Origin: an uncultured Succinivibrio sp.
GTDB lineage: Bacteria > Pseudomonadota > Gammaproteobacteria > Enterobacterales > Succinivibrionaceae
Assembly (NCBI GenBank): GCA_905186145.1
Contig: LR994470.1
Location: 1,117,376 to 1,171,544 of the forward strand
Reading direction: 5' to 3'
Length of the DNA: 54,169 bases
Part shown: positions 19,412 through 27,534 of the stretch, in pieces
Layout of the letters: each line of letters starts with the position of its first letter
How positions within the stretch are numbered: the first letter of the stretch is position 1
The notes under the pieces: model-generated
Databases searched by the model: none
The model's input: only the letters and a program-made list of their open reading frames with translations
Told to the model about the DNA's origin: nothing
Translations under genes and position numbers: made by a program

Positions 19412-21064
19412 ATGAATATAGTTTTGAGCTTATTATCTGGAATTGCGCTATTAGCTTATGGCATTTACGTTACCAAAAACGGTGTGCTTAAAGCCTGCGG
19501 TTCGTCGCTCAATGTCTATGTTGCAAAGTCTCTTTCCTCAAAATTTTGGCCTCTGCGCGCTATTTTGGCAGGACTTTTAACCACAGCTTTAGTTCAAAGT
19601 TCAAACGCTACGGCCATGCTAGTGTCATCATTTTTAGCCAAAGGTCTTATATCACTAACCCCAGCTTTAACCATTATGTTAGGTGCCGATTTGGGCACTG
19701 CAGTAATGGCCAGAATTTTAACATTTGATTTATCCGCTGTATGCCCTTTACTTATAATCGTAGGAGTCTGTTTATTCTTAGGAAAAAGAAAGAAAGCCTC
19801 TAAAATTGGGCGCATTTTTATTGGACTTGGATTAGTTTTAATGTCATTAAAACTTATCGTAAGTTCGACAGCCCCTGTTGCAAAATCAGATGTTGTAATC
19901 TTAATTTTAGATTCTTTAAATGGCGAGATTGCGCTTTCTATTATCTTTGGCACGCTCTTGGCAATTATCTGTTATTCTTCTTTAGCAGCTGTCCTTTTAA
20001 CTGCAGTTATTGCAAGCAGTGGACAGTTAGCTTTTTCAACCGCGCTTTCTTTAGTTATCGGTGCAAATTTAGGTAGTTGTATCTTAGAAATTTTAGGATC
20101 TGCAGGACAAGGCATTGCCGCAAGACGCGTCATGTTTGGTAATACTTTTTTCAAACTTACCATCACAATTTTAGTATTACCTTTTATATCTTATTTAGAT
20201 CCAAATTATTTAAACATGAAGATTCAAGAACAGATTATCTATTTTCATGTTCTATTTAATTTACTTGTTTGTTTTGGTCTTGTAGCCTTTGTACCTTTTT
20301 ATGCAAAGTTATTAAATTATCTTTTCCCAAATCCACCAACACCTTTAGATGAAACTACACCTAAATATTTAGATGAACATGCCTTAGAAAATCCAGCATT
20401 GGCTATTTCCAATGCTGTGCGTGAAAGCGTTAGACTTGGTGGCTTTTTACATGAGATGCTAGGTTACTTCAAAGACAGTTTGACCGGAAAAACTTCATTT
20501 AAAGGTCAAATTGAATATAAGATGTCGCAAATTGAGAATATCAGCTTAAAAACTCGTTCCTATCTTGATCAAATAGAGTTTGACGATGCCAATTTAAATG
20601 CTCGATGGCATCAGATTTTTGCTGCAGTTGTCTCAGCTGTTCATGCAGGCGACTTAATTAAAAGAATGCACTCTGAGGTTAACATCATCAATAAAAGTGC
20701 CGATTACAATTTAAATGCTCATAGCAGAGCCGATCTTATAAAACTCACCCAAATTGTAAATGAAAATTTATCTTTTGCTCTCAATGCTTTTATGACTGGC
20801 AAAGAGTCTGAGATAGAGATTATTTTTGAGCATAAAAGTACCTTTAAGGTATTAACAGATAAATACTCTGTACGACAATTAAATAAACTCTCTCCTGATT
20901 CAAGCGGTGGTAATGATATCGGAGCTTTAATTCTTATTCTTATCTCTGATCTAAGACAGTTAAATGGAATTTTTTGCTCCATTGCAAGTTCTCGTTGGGC
21001 TCAAATTAATGCTCATAACAAGAACAACAAGGTTAAAGATGAAGCTCCATTTATTGAAGACTAA
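19412..21064 (+). CDS. Na/Pi cotransporter family protein (YjbB/NptA-like, PhoU-like C-terminus)
   Basis: TALVQSSNAT, MLGADLGT, CYSSLA and GANLGS repeats; KYLDEHALENPALAISNA linker. Confidence 0.9.
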   Translation: MNIVLSLLSGIALLAYGIYVTKNGVLKACGSSLNVYVAKSLSSKFWPLRAILAGLLTTALVQSSNATAMLVSSFLAKGLISLTPALTIMLGADLGTAVMARILTFDLSAVCPLLIIVGVCLFLGKRKKASKIGRIFIGLGLVLMSLKLIVSSTAPVAKSDVVILILDSLNGEIALSIIFGTLLAIICYSSLAAVLLTAVIASSGQLAFSTALSLVIGANLGSCILEILGSAGQGIAARRVMFGNTFFKLTITILVLPFISYLDPNYLNMKIQEQIIYFHVLFNLLVCFGLVAFVPFYAKLLNYLFPNPPTPLDETTPKYLDEHALENPALAISNAVRESVRLGGFLHEMLGYFKDSLTGKTSFKGQIEYKMSQIENISLKTRSYLDQIEFDDANLNARWHQIFAAVVSAVHAGDLIKRMHSEVNIINKSADYNLNAHSRADLIKLTQIVNENLSFALNAFMTGKESEIEIIFEHKSTFKVLTDKYSVRQLNKLSPDSSGGNDIGALILILISDLRQLNGIFCSIASSRWAQINAHNKNNKVKDEAPFIED

Positions 21065-21080
21065 AATTTTTATTTAAGGC

Positions 21081-21109
21081 AAAAAGTGAGCAAATTTAGC
21101 TCACTTTTT
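21081..21109. terminator. Bidirectional terminator
   Basis: AAAAAGTGAGC-N7-GCTCACTTTTT between convergent genes. Confidence 0.85.
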
Positions 21110-21127
21110 ATTTAACTCATTAAACCT

Positions 21128-21520
21128 TTATGAATTTCTGTAATTTAAGCCATCATCTGCAATCCATTTAACATACTCTTCACCTTCATAGCCGCATTTA
21201 TGGCATACAATCTTTCTTATTTTAACCCTGACTTTAGAGTTAACATTCATAACCATGAAATTAAAAACATCTTTTTCATAAGTTTCAATTTCTTCAACAT
21301 CAGAGCTTTGGCATTTTTTACATCTAGGAGCATTTTTAGGCTCTACATAAAATACAGGACCTGTCTGAACTGGCTCTTCTAAAAAAACATTAGTGTCAGT
21401 TTTTCCACCATCCATTTTTACGATTTCATATCCAGGAAAGCCCTTCTCTGAAAAAAATTTAAAAAAACCTTCTGCAGATTTTTGCTCTTTTATTCTTGCA
21501 AGTTTAGCTCTATTTTTCAT
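21128..21520 (-). CDS. Small Zn-ribbon protein resembling the ISL3 transposase zinc-finger domain, without a catalytic domain
   Basis: CKKC-x36-CHKC followed by EEYVKWI; own AAGGA SD and TAA stop. Confidence 0.6.
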   Translation of the reverse strand: MKNRAKLARIKEQKSAEGFFKFFSEKGFPGYEIVKMDGGKTDTNVFLEEPVQTGPVFYVEPKNAPRCKKCQSSDVEEIETYEKDVFNFMVMNVNSKVRVKIRKIVCHKCGYEGEEYVKWIADDGLNYRNS

Positions 21521-21682
21521 ACAAAATCTTCCTTAAGAAACGAAATTAAAATTCCCTGTATACATAATATATATAAAAAAACTCTCAAAAAATCAAAAAA
21601 ATGATTTTAAGAGAGTTTTGAAAGTAAACTAAGTTTGGATGATAACTAAATATATAGTTATATTATATGTTAAATTTAAATT

Positions 21683-22432
21683 TTATTTTGAGCTACCAAA
21701 CCATTTTTGATAAATTTCTTTATAAGTTCCGTCAGATTTAATTTGCGAGAAGCCTTTATTTATCATATCAATTAACTCCTGATCATTTTTGTTGATAACA
21801 ATGCCATATTGATCAGCTGTAATTAAATCTGGTAATAAAACTAAATTTTTATTGTTAGTTTTGGCCATATAGTACTCAAGTACAGGTCTGTCATTGATGT
21901 GAGCATCACAACCTTTCTTATCAAGTTCTAATAAAGCCTCAGGAGCTGAATTAAATTGAGTAACTGTAGCGTCTTTAACCTGAGAGCTGGCATAAAAAGC
22001 TCCTGATGTACCTATTTGACCACAAATCTTATGGCCTTTAAGATCGTCTACACTCTTAATTTCTTTTTCTAACTCTTTACGAACAATTACACCTAAACCT
22101 GCAGCACAATAAGGCTCTGAGAAAGCAACACGCTTTTTACGCTCATCGGTAATGGTAAATCCTGAAATACCTGCATCTAAGGATCCTGTTAAAATAGCAG
22201 GAATAAGTCCGTCAAAAGGCATGGTATGCATTTCAACAGTAAAACCGCCGGCCTTACCAATAGCATTTATAATATCAATATCGAAGCCACTGAGTTCTTT
22301 ACTATTCTCATCCATGAATTCAAACGGAGCAAATGAAGGTTCTGTTCCTACTCGAACAGTGCGATTACCAGCTACTGCCTGAGAAACTAAAACAGCACTT
22401 AAAGTAATCGCAAATAAATTCTTAAACTTCAT
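21683..22432 (-). CDS. Polar/basic amino acid ABC transporter substrate-binding protein (SBP_bac_3), orphan
   Basis: Signal peptide AVA; VGTEPSFAPFE, GFDIDI, FDGLIPAI, ITDERKKRVAFSEPY and YKEIYQKWFG motifs. Confidence 0.92.
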   Translation of the reverse strand: MKFKNLFAITLSAVLVSQAVAGNRTVRVGTEPSFAPFEFMDENSKELSGFDIDIINAIGKAGGFTVEMHTMPFDGLIPAILTGSLDAGISGFTITDERKKRVAFSEPYCAAGLGVIVRKELEKEIKSVDDLKGHKICGQIGTSGAFYASSQVKDATVTQFNSAPEALLELDKKGCDAHINDRPVLEYYMAKTNNKNLVLLPDLITADQYGIVINKNDQELIDMINKGFSQIKSDGTYKEIYQKWFGSSK

Positions 22433-22461
22433 AACATCTCCTAAAATATAAATAAATATGA

Positions 22462-22477
22462 TGTGACCACAATCATA
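22462..22477. promoter_or_regulatory. CRP-like site upstream of the SBP gene
   Basis: TGTGA-CCACAA-TCATA (consensus TGTGA-N6-TCACA). Confidence 0.4.
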
Positions 22478-22822
22478 AATTTATCTTTTGTTTTTATTCA
22501 ATAAGAAAATTTTTGTGCTCAAAATTTAAGCAGACTGAACCTTTTTTAAAACTTTTATAAGAAGATGATTTAAATGATGTTTATGACTAATTGTTAAAAT
22601 TTTATGCACTTTTTTAATACATGCAGTGGTAACTTTTTGGTTGAAAAAATTTTATAAAATATCCATAGACTATCAAAAAATTTTTTTAATTTGCCTTAAA
22701 GTAAACACAGAAAACACAAATCTTTGTGTGTAACTACATAGTAAATTTTTTTATTTTGCAAAAAATAAAGTGTAAATTTTTATAAAAATAACTTTTTGCT
22801 TTTATAAAAAAAGAGGATTTGT

Positions 22823-23743
22823 ATGCGCAAAATTATTATTGATACAGATATTGGTGTTGATGACGCTTTTGCTGTTCGCTATGGATCGTTGGTATTTGAT
22901 CTTATTGGTATTACGACCGTAAATGGTAACTGCACTGCTAATATGGCTACCCAAAACGCCAAACTATTTTGCTCACACTATAAAAAAAATATAAAAGTAT
23001 ACAAAGGAGCTTCTAGACCTTTAGTGGAGCCACCATCTCCTCCAAGCTTTGATATTCATGGTAAAGATGGCTTAGGCGGTGTTTACGATAATCCTTTTGA
23101 TGATAAAGCCCCTAATGCTATTGAATACCTCATCAATAATGTAAAAGAAAACCCAGGTGAGATTACCGTCATAGCTATAGGCCCTCTTACTAATATTGCC
23201 ATAGCCTTAAATCTTTATCCTGACTTTGCCAAAGATATAAAAGAGCTGGTCATTATGGGTGGTGCTTTTGGCTTTAATGGTCATAACGGTAATATGAGTC
23301 ATTTTGCTGAATTTAATATCTACAGTGATCCTCATGCCGCAGATATTGTTATGCAAAGCTCAATGCCAATTACTATATTACCTTTAGATGTAACCAATAA
23401 AGTTCAAATTACTGCTAAAGAAGTTGCTAATACTAATGATGAGTTTTTAAAAAATATCAGTAAGTTCTATATAGATTTTTCTTTAAAGCAAAAAATTTTC
23501 CATGATATGGCTGTTCACGATGCGCTAACTATTGCCTATCTTGTAAATCCACAAGCTTTTACCACAATTAAAAAGCCTTGCCGTGTCATAACATCAGGTA
23601 TTGCAAAAGGTCAAACTGTAATTCCAAGAGATGAAAGAGTCGCCCCAAACGATTGTTTCTTAGGCTTAAAAGAGCACACAATCTGCATTGATGTTGATGT
23701 AAATGCTGTAAAAGAACACTTACTTAATACATTGAAAATTTAA
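22823..23743 (+). CDS. Inosine/uridine-preferring nucleoside hydrolase family protein
   Basis: IIIDTDIGVDD (DxDxxxDD), GPLTNIA, AEFNIYSDP and HDAL motifs. Confidence 0.92.
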   Translation: MRKIIIDTDIGVDDAFAVRYGSLVFDLIGITTVNGNCTANMATQNAKLFCSHYKKNIKVYKGASRPLVEPPSPPSFDIHGKDGLGGVYDNPFDDKAPNAIEYLINNVKENPGEITVIAIGPLTNIAIALNLYPDFAKDIKELVIMGGAFGFNGHNGNMSHFAEFNIYSDPHAADIVMQSSMPITILPLDVTNKVQITAKEVANTNDEFLKNISKFYIDFSLKQKIFHDMAVHDALTIAYLVNPQAFTTIKKPCRVITSGIAKGQTVIPRDERVAPNDCFLGLKEHTICIDVDVNAVKEHLLNTLKI

Positions 23744-23746
23744 AAG

Positions 23747-23787
23747 AAAACGCCCCCAATATAGAAATCTAAAATTGGGGGCGTTTT
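23747..23787. terminator. Bidirectional terminator between the nucleoside hydrolase and yceD
   Basis: AAAACGCCCCCAAT...ATTGGGGGCGTTTT 14-bp arms. Confidence 0.85.
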
Positions 23788-23808
23788 TACGCTTAAAGTT
23801 GAAAAAAT

Positions 23809-24342
23809 TTATTTTTCTTTATTAAACTTTTCTTTAAGCTCTGCTAATCTTGCAAAAGGATTTTCCTTATCTTGAGCAATTTCACCAAAAGACCAGTTAG
23901 TATTGTCGTTACACTTAGGATCGTCATCATCATGTTTTGGCACATATGGGATCTCAAGCATTAAACAATCTTCCAAATAATTTAAAAGCTCAAATTGACC
24001 ATTAGGATTTAACTCAACAATATCAAGTTTATCCTCAATTCTTAAACTACAAGCTTTCTCCTTATCAGGAGTTGAACAAAATTTTGCAGATAAAGTCTTT
24101 TCAAAAGGCTTACCACAACGCTGACAGACAAAACTTACCTTGCAGCTAATTTCACCTTCGATAGTGTTTAAGCCCTGTAAATCTCTGTAAAAACGAAATT
24201 TTACGTGAGCTTTAGATAAAATCTCACTGCAACACTCTGATAAACGCGGTAATAAGTTTTCGGAAATATTAGTATCATACTGAAGACCTTGTTCTACGCT
24301 TTGAACAAAGTCTACGCAAGGTGAAAAAGCAAGTGCGCACAT
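23809..24342 (-). CDS. yceD: YceD/DUF177 family protein (23S rRNA accumulation)
   Basis: CQRC Zn motif, EDCLMLEIPYVPKH and NPFARLAELK C-terminus. Confidence 0.88.
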   Translation of the reverse strand: MCALAFSPCVDFVQSVEQGLQYDTNISENLLPRLSECCSEILSKAHVKFRFYRDLQGLNTIEGEISCKVSFVCQRCGKPFEKTLSAKFCSTPDKEKACSLRIEDKLDIVELNPNGQFELLNYLEDCLMLEIPYVPKHDDDDPKCNDNTNWSFGEIAQDKENPFARLAELKEKFNKEK

Positions 24343-24404
24343 ATGTAATTTCTCCGCAAAATATCTAATTTTACCGACTCAATAAATGAGTTTTGGTTTT
24401 TATA

Positions 24405-25112
24405 TTATTTTAAATAATCTTTAAGCATTGATGCATAAGGTAAAATCGCATCAGGCTTTAAATTTAATAAAGCATCTCCACTAAAGACTCCGCTTTGCAC
24501 TCCTAAAGAAAAGGCTTTGGCATTTTTAAACATCAAAATGTCCAATTGAGCATCGCCAACCCCTAAAGTATCTTTAGGATCTACGCCTAATCTGTCACAG
24601 ACTTTATACATCATCTGGGGATCAGGTTTTGAAGGAGATTCATTGCCTGAGGCTAAAGCATCACAATAATCACCTAAAAAAGTTGCATCTAAGGTTCTTA
24701 ACATGCCTGTTCTACTTCTGCCTGAAGCATAACCTATCTTAATGCCATGCTCTCTTAAAGCTTTCATTAAGTCTTCACAACCTGGGAAAATCCTATCGAC
24801 AACAAACTCAGGAGTATTGATAAAAATCTCACGATAATGCGCGGTAATTTCCTTTCCTAAGCTTTTTTTATCTTGAGGTAACATGCTGGTAATGCCTTCT
24901 GACAACTCCTTACCAATAGTTCCCATGATAGTTTCATCAGTAGGCTGAGGTAGACCTTCAATTTCAAAAGTTTTATGGGTACACGCTAAAATAGTACCTA
25001 TGCTATCAGTTAAAGTACCATCTAAATCAAAGATAACAGCTTGAACCTTTTTTAAAATATCACAAAGAGTGTCATCTAAAACGACATCGCGTCTACCACT
25101 TGCAAAATTCAT
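24405..25112 (-). CDS. HAD-IA family hydrolase (phosphoglycolate phosphatase-like)
   Basis: FDLDGTLTDS, SKPDP and VGDAQLD motifs; usual position after rluC. Confidence 0.9.
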   Translation of the reverse strand: MNFASGRRDVVLDDTLCDILKKVQAVIFDLDGTLTDSIGTILACTHKTFEIEGLPQPTDETIMGTIGKELSEGITSMLPQDKKSLGKEITAHYREIFINTPEFVVDRIFPGCEDLMKALREHGIKIGYASGRSRTGMLRTLDATFLGDYCDALASGNESPSKPDPQMMYKVCDRLGVDPKDTLGVGDAQLDILMFKNAKAFSLGVQSGVFSGDALLNLKPDAILPYASMLKDYLK

Positions 25113-25114
25113 GT

Positions 25115-26092
25115 TTATAAGACCTCTTCTTTATGAATGCGCAAAGCTTCTACCGCTTTTTGTAGATTGTCAGGTAATGGTGCTTCTACTTTTAAAATAC
25201 TGCCATCAGCTGGATTTTGGAAAGTGACCTTAAAGGCATGTAAAAACATGCGCTTTAACCCCAACTCATGCAATCTTTCATTAAAGTCTTTATCGCCATA
25301 CTTATCATCATTGCCAACAGGATGTTTTAAATAAGCACAGTGAACACGAATTTGGTGAGTTCTACCTGTATGAGGGAATGCTGCAACTAATGTAGCATCA
25401 TCTAAATACTCCACAACCTCAAAACCTGTAGCAGAAGGCATACCGCGGGTGAAATCGACCATAACCATTCTTTCACCTGAACGTAATTCATTACGTACTA
25501 ATGGAGCCTCTAATAGCTTCATTTTTCTATCCCAACGACCAGGAACTAAGGTCAAATAACGTTTTTTGACAATACGCTGACGAAATTGTTCATGCAAATG
25601 GCGTAATGATGAACGACGTTTGGCCACAATAAGGCAACCTGAGGTATCACGATCTAATCTATGAGCTAATTCTAAAAAACGCTGTTCAGGACGCAGGGCT
25701 CTGAGGGCTTCAATTAAACCAAACTCAATACCACTACCACCGTGAGCTGCAAGCCCTGATGGTTTATCTACAACCAAAAGATCATCATTTTCAAATAAAA
25801 TTCTATCTTCTAAATCTTTTACTAAATGTAAATTTGAAGAAGGAATGGTGACAGGTCCTGCACTGACTCTAATTGGAGGCAGACGAATATCGTCATTTTC
25901 AAAAAGCTTATAGGAAGGGCTTACACGCTTGCCATTTACTCTGACCTCTCCTCTGCGCAAGATCCTGTAGATCATGCTACGAGGTACTCCTTTTAAAACA
26001 CGGGCAAGATAATTATCAAGACGCTGACCTTCATCATCAGCACAAGCTATCTTATGGCTTACTCCAAAACTCTTAGTTTCATTTGCAATCAT
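25115..26092 (-). CDS. rluC: 23S rRNA pseudouridine synthase RluC
   Basis: S4 domain GQRLDNYL, HRLDRDTSG catalytic Asp and TGRTHQIRVH. Start set at ATG 26092 (SD upstream). Confidence 0.95.
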   Translation of the reverse strand: MIANETKSFGVSHKIACADDEGQRLDNYLARVLKGVPRSMIYRILRRGEVRVNGKRVSPSYKLFENDDIRLPPIRVSAGPVTIPSSNLHLVKDLEDRILFENDDLLVVDKPSGLAAHGGSGIEFGLIEALRALRPEQRFLELAHRLDRDTSGCLIVAKRRSSLRHLHEQFRQRIVKKRYLTLVPGRWDRKMKLLEAPLVRNELRSGERMVMVDFTRGMPSATGFEVVEYLDDATLVAAFPHTGRTHQIRVHCAYLKHPVGNDDKYGDKDFNERLHELGLKRMFLHAFKVTFQNPADGSILKVEAPLPDNLQKAVEALRIHKEEVL

Positions 26093-26180
26093 GATTATTC
26101 CCTTCTTCGTTAGAGGTATATATTTTAACGTCAAAAGGTCTTTATGTCCTTACAAAAGCGTTTTTTAATCAGAAATAAGC

Positions 26181-26948
26181 TTAAGATTTGTTGTTTTTTT
26201 GTAAAACTTTTACCTGTTTTAAATGTTTTTTTACAATCTCTCTCTTATGAGAGTTACGAACATTCTTTCTAAAAAGCTTGGCGATATTCACATCATCATA
26301 TTTAACTTTATTATGTTCTTTTAAAAACTTTCTCAAAAAACTCACCGTATCTTTTAAATAGATAACATAGGTGTTTTTGGGAATATTGGAGATATTTTTA
26401 AGCACGCACTCCCCATCAAAGACAATTACTGAATATATAGGAATATCGATATCTTTATCTTGAAGTTGTGATCTTATAGCTCGAATATGCCCTTCATTTT
26501 GAAAAACCGGGTTATAAAAATGAAAGCGCTCATTGCCATAGCCTAAAATTTTGGTCCACATCCGCGCTTTACCATCGCCTAAAACCCACCCTGAGTAGTT
26601 TTTAACCTCAAAGACAATAATTCCTGAAGGGTGTAATAAAACTACATCAATTTGGGAGAAAACATTGACGCGCTTTTCTATATAAAGATTTGCAAAGACT
26701 TTGTCTTTGCCAAAAATTTTTTTCAAAATAAGCGCTAATTTACGCTCACCTTCATCTCCCTTTTGAATAGATTCATTTTTTTTGCTTTTAAATTGACTTT
26801 TAACTTTTTCAAAATTAAAAAAGTGCTTTTTTGAAGCTTTAAACTTATTAAATTCTTCAAAAAAGATCTTCTTTACAGCTTTAAAACTTATGTACAAAGA
26901 CAAAAGAGAAAAAAAGAAAATCCATAATGCAGGATCAACTTGTTCCAT
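26181..26948 (-). CDS. NERD-domain (nuclease-related) protein with N-terminal TM anchor
   Basis: GDEGE...SQIDVVLLHPSGIIVFEVKNYSG...NPVFQN PD-(D/E)xK-type motif; very AT-rich. Confidence 0.85.
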   Translation of the reverse strand: MEQVDPALWIFFFSLLSLYISFKAVKKIFFEEFNKFKASKKHFFNFEKVKSQFKSKKNESIQKGDEGERKLALILKKIFGKDKVFANLYIEKRVNVFSQIDVVLLHPSGIIVFEVKNYSGWVLGDGKARMWTKILGYGNERFHFYNPVFQNEGHIRAIRSQLQDKDIDIPIYSVIVFDGECVLKNISNIPKNTYVIYLKDTVSFLRKFLKEHNKVKYDDVNIAKLFRKNVRNSHKREIVKKHLKQVKVLQKNNKS

Positions 26949-27205
26949 AACTATAAAAACGCCTTATCATAAAATAAATATTTTGATTATAACAATATAT
27001 TAGATATATAAAATATTTTATGTATAAATATTCTTTTAATATCTTCATGAAGATATAAATTGATGAGAGAAAAATTTAAAAGAATATTTGATAAAACTTA
27101 AAATAAAATTTTTTATCCCTTAAATCTTTAATTATCAAAATCATATTAAGGCTTGAGCCATCCTAGGTTTATGGATGTTTTTGTTATGATTTTATTTGGC
27201 CTTTG

Positions 27206-27534
27206 TGGCATAATAGCCAAGTCTTAGTACGGTGACCCTTTTTGTTCATGGTTCCTACATAAGATAAGTGAGTAACTTAAGCTCTGCAGGGGATGCCCTG
27301 CAGTCAAAAACTTAAAAAAATTTAAGCAAATTTTGATAAAGAGACAAAGTTACGGTTACCTAAAATAAGCCCCGCCGTTTATAAAGTGACGGTTTGGCGA
27401 GCTGTTTTTAGGCGTTGACAAATAAATGCCCCCAAACTTAAAAATAAAAGCCAAGACCTTTCTTTATGTAAGGCCTTAAACATCAGGCTTATCTTAAATA
27501 AAGTACGGGAGCACTGAAAATAGGAGCTTTTCTC
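27206..27534 (+). promoter_or_regulatory. rne promoter (extended -10) and long structured 5' leader
   Basis: TGgCATAAT at ~27206-27214, then ~315 nt of non-coding, GC-richer, hairpin-rich sequence (e.g. CTGCAGGG-GATG-CCCTGCAG, 27284-27303) before the GTG start. Confidence 0.55.

Noticed and set aside
21128-21520. Active ISL3 insertion sequence
   Set aside because: No DDE domain in any frame downstream, no terminal inverted repeats or target duplication seen; kept only as a possible domesticated domain.
15155-23808. Att-like direct repeats bounding the yceD-rpmF insertion
   Set aside because: Only short A/T-run similarities were found at the two junctions, which are not distinguishable from background.
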